Virus record (IMG/VR): IMGVR_UViG_2703718859_000020
Strand: one strand, 5' to 3'
Source: a virus
Lineage: Duplodnaviria; Heunggongvirae; Uroviricota; Caudoviricetes
Length of the DNA: 6,425 nucleotides
Positions 4,619 through 6,425 of this stretch are shown in pieces. The stretch's first letter is position 1, and every line of letters starts with the position of its first letter. The notes under the pieces were generated by a model, which had not been told where the DNA came from, did not search any database, and worked only from the letters and a program-made list of their open reading frames with translations. The translations under genes were made by a program, and so were the position numbers.

Positions 4619-6012
4619 AAAGCGCACCGAACTTAAAAAAACAGCCTTACGACAAGATGACCGAAGTCATCATTTTTGCGGGTAGTGATGCGTGGGCACA
4701 TGCGAAACAGTGGCAGGAACAGGACGGGCGACTGGCTGGCGATAATGTGCCTCCCATTGTGCTGGCTGATGATCAACTGGATGAACTGGCAGACCTGAGA
4801 ATCATCGACGAGGGGCGCTATTGTGTCCGGCTGTACAAGGCAGGCCACATCAGGCCATCAAATATTAATGCCATTGCGCACAAGCTGGCGGCGGCGGGCG
4901 TAACTGATGCGAATTATTACCCCGAAGGGATACACAGCCAGAAGCGGGAGAACTGGCGCGAATATCTGGAACGGGAGCGGGGGAAAAAGCCAGGGGAAGA
5001 ACACCACCAGCGAAAAACCACGCTACCGATGAGCGTTGGATCTGCCGGATACGACACGCAATTAGATTACGTGGTAAAGGGGATTATTCCGGCATCGTCG
5101 CTTTGCAGCATATACGGGGCGAGCGGTTCCTATAAATCATTCCTTGCGGGTTCGTGGGCGTGTCACGTTTCCACGGGCCGCCAGTGGGGAGGCCGCAGGG
5201 TGGCGCATGGCGCTGTTCTCTATGTGGTTGGTGAAGGCGGTATCGGCGTTCCGCGTCGTGTAAAAGCCTGGGAGGTTGTGCACGGTGAGCAGGTGAAAAA
5301 TCTGTATCTGGTAAACCGTCCCATCTTTCCGGCGGTCCCGCTTGATGTTGATGAAATGGTTATCGCTGCCCGTCAGGTGGAGCGGGAAACGGGTAAACCT
5401 GTACGCATGATTATTCTGGATACGCTGGCGCGTTGCTTTGGTGGGAATGATGAAAATGATTCCCGTGATATGGGGGCGTTTATCCGTGGTTGTGACGAAC
5501 TGAAACGACGCACAGGGGCCACGGTGCTGGTGGTTCACCATTCCGGCAAGGATGAGACGAAAGGCGCGCGCGGTTCCAGTGCATTTCGTGCATCACTGGA
5601 TGCTGAATACCGGATACGCAGGGAGGACGCAGGAAGCGAAGCGCTGGTTATCTCATGCACCAAAATGAAGGACGCGGAGGAACTCAAAGAGGCTGCCTAT
5701 GATTTGCGGGTGGTGGAGCTTTTTACCGACGCTGACGGGGAGTTAATCACGTCGCTGGTGGTGGTGGATAAGCCGCGCCCTCCCGTTGAACTGGAGCGCA
5801 TCGAGGAGGCAGGGAACAAGACGGAAAACCATACCGCGCTATGGGGGTGCATCCGTTCACGCACACAGAACGGCGACAAGTGCACGATCCCGCTGTTACG
5901 TGATGACATGAAAAAACTGGGGTATGAAATGAAAAACTTCCGGCGCTGGCTGTACAAGCTGGAAAAAGATGGGGTTATTCGTATCGATGGGGATGATGTA
6001 GCGCCGCTATAA
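4615..6012 (+). CDS. Replication-associated RecA-fold P-loop ATPase (RepA / AAA_25-like helicase or initiator), 465 aa
   Basis: SD CAGGGG 6 nt upstream. Walker A-like SIYGASGSYKSF (residues ~165-176, deviant with Tyr where the second Gly is expected), Walker B VRMIILDTLAR (~263-273), and VLVVHHSGKD typical of RepA/DnaB-like proteins. N-terminal ~150-aa domain and a basic C-terminal ~70-aa region consistent with a DNA-binding winged helix. Confidence 0.8.
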   Translation: MKSAPNLKKQPYDKMTEVIIFAGSDAWAHAKQWQEQDGRLAGDNVPPIVLADDQLDELADLRIIDEGRYCVRLYKAGHIRPSNINAIAHKLAAAGVTDANYYPEGIHSQKRENWREYLERERGKKPGEEHHQRKTTLPMSVGSAGYDTQLDYVVKGIIPASSLCSIYGASGSYKSFLAGSWACHVSTGRQWGGRRVAHGAVLYVVGEGGIGVPRRVKAWEVVHGEQVKNLYLVNRPIFPAVPLDVDEMVIAARQVERETGKPVRMIILDTLARCFGGNDENDSRDMGAFIRGCDELKRRTGATVLVVHHSGKDETKGARGSSAFRASLDAEYRIRREDAGSEALVISCTKMKDAEELKEAAYDLRVVELFTDADGELITSLVVVDKPRPPVELERIEEAGNKTENHTALWGCIRSRTQNGDKCTIPLLRDDMKKLGYEMKNFRRWLYKLEKDGVIRIDGDDVAPL

Positions 6013-6203
6013 AAGTGAGGAGCAAAAGCGAGGGGGGTAGAAAGAGGGCCAAAATTAGCCTGCTCTCCCTCACTTTTCGACCTGTATACATCCTCAAAAG
6101 TGAGGGGTAAAAAAATACTTATGAAACACACACATAGAAAAACCAAAAATCCCAACTGCGACGAAGTGAGACGCTTGAAAAAGTGAGGCAAAAAAGTGAG
6201 AGG
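6011..6203. repeat. Iteron cluster: candidate replication origin immediately 3' of rep
   Basis: Copies of AAAGTGAGG or close variants at 6012-6020, 6025-6033 (AAAGCGAGG), 6097-6105, 6163-6171 (GAAGTGAGA), 6180-6188 and 6194-6202, plus an inverted copy CTCCCTCACTTTT at 6065-6077. The two sets flank an AT-rich segment (about 6106-6160). Confidence 0.6.
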
Positions 6204-6212
6204 TTGCGAGAA

Positions 6213-6425
6213 ATGACCCAAAAACGCAGAGACAGAACAGAGCCGAAATATAAGGCGTTAGATATGGCTGAACTGGCTTTAAAGGTGGCAATCAGAACGA
6301 TAGACCGCCACGCGGGGGAAGGATACGCGAAAGCACATCCCGAACTGATAAGCGCATTCATGACCACGACGGCGGCAAATTTTGCCACGCTGACAGAGCG
6401 GGAGATTGCCGAAGCGGAACAGGTA
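6213..6425 (+). CDS. Hypothetical protein, 5' part only (runs off the window end)
   Basis: ATG at 6213 with GAGAGG upstream; open frame for 71 codons to the window edge (MTQKRRDRTEPKYKALDMAELALKVAIRTIDRHAGEGYAKAHPELISAF...), with ordinary helical-protein composition. Not in the supplied track because it has no stop inside the window. Confidence 0.45.
   Translation, partial: MTQKRRDRTEPKYKALDMAELALKVAIRTIDRHAGEGYAKAHPELISAFMTTTAANFATLTEREIAEAEQV

Noticed and set aside
4340-6388. Antisense ORFs 4340-4627, 4633-4848, 5137-5541, 5697-6221, 6094-6291 and 6119-6388 (minus strand)
   Set aside because: Antisense to the supported 99-aa ORF, rep and the downstream partial ORF, or crossing the iteron origin; compositions are atypical (hydrophobic or low complexity).
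1-6425. tRNA, rRNA or attachment-site direct repeats
   Set aside because: No cloverleaf-like tRNA sequence was seen in the window. The window begins at the int start codon, so any tRNA-associated att site would lie upstream, outside the data.

Overview
This 6,425-bp window reads as the integrase-proximal arm of an enterobacterial-type integrative element with a P4-family integrase (phage satellite / PICI-like island). On the plus strand: a complete tyrosine integrase (1-1230), an AlpA-family regulator (1605-1793), then an operon of three overlapping small ORFs that look paralogous, a 99-aa ORF and a 465-aa RecA-fold replication ATPase (3635-6012), followed by an iteron cluster with the layout of a replication origin (6011-6203) and a 3'-truncated ORF (6213-6425). 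The most unusual part lies between alpA and the replication operon on the minus strand: two tandem, diverged copies of a ~0.7-kb cassette. Each cassette has its own promoter with a distinct repeated operator motif, a 59-aa ribbon-helix-helix (RHH) protein, a nearly identical intergenic hairpin, and a small 67-75 aa protein I do not recognise. Everything here is from reading the sequence; no database search was possible, so family names are pattern-based and novelty cannot be asserted.
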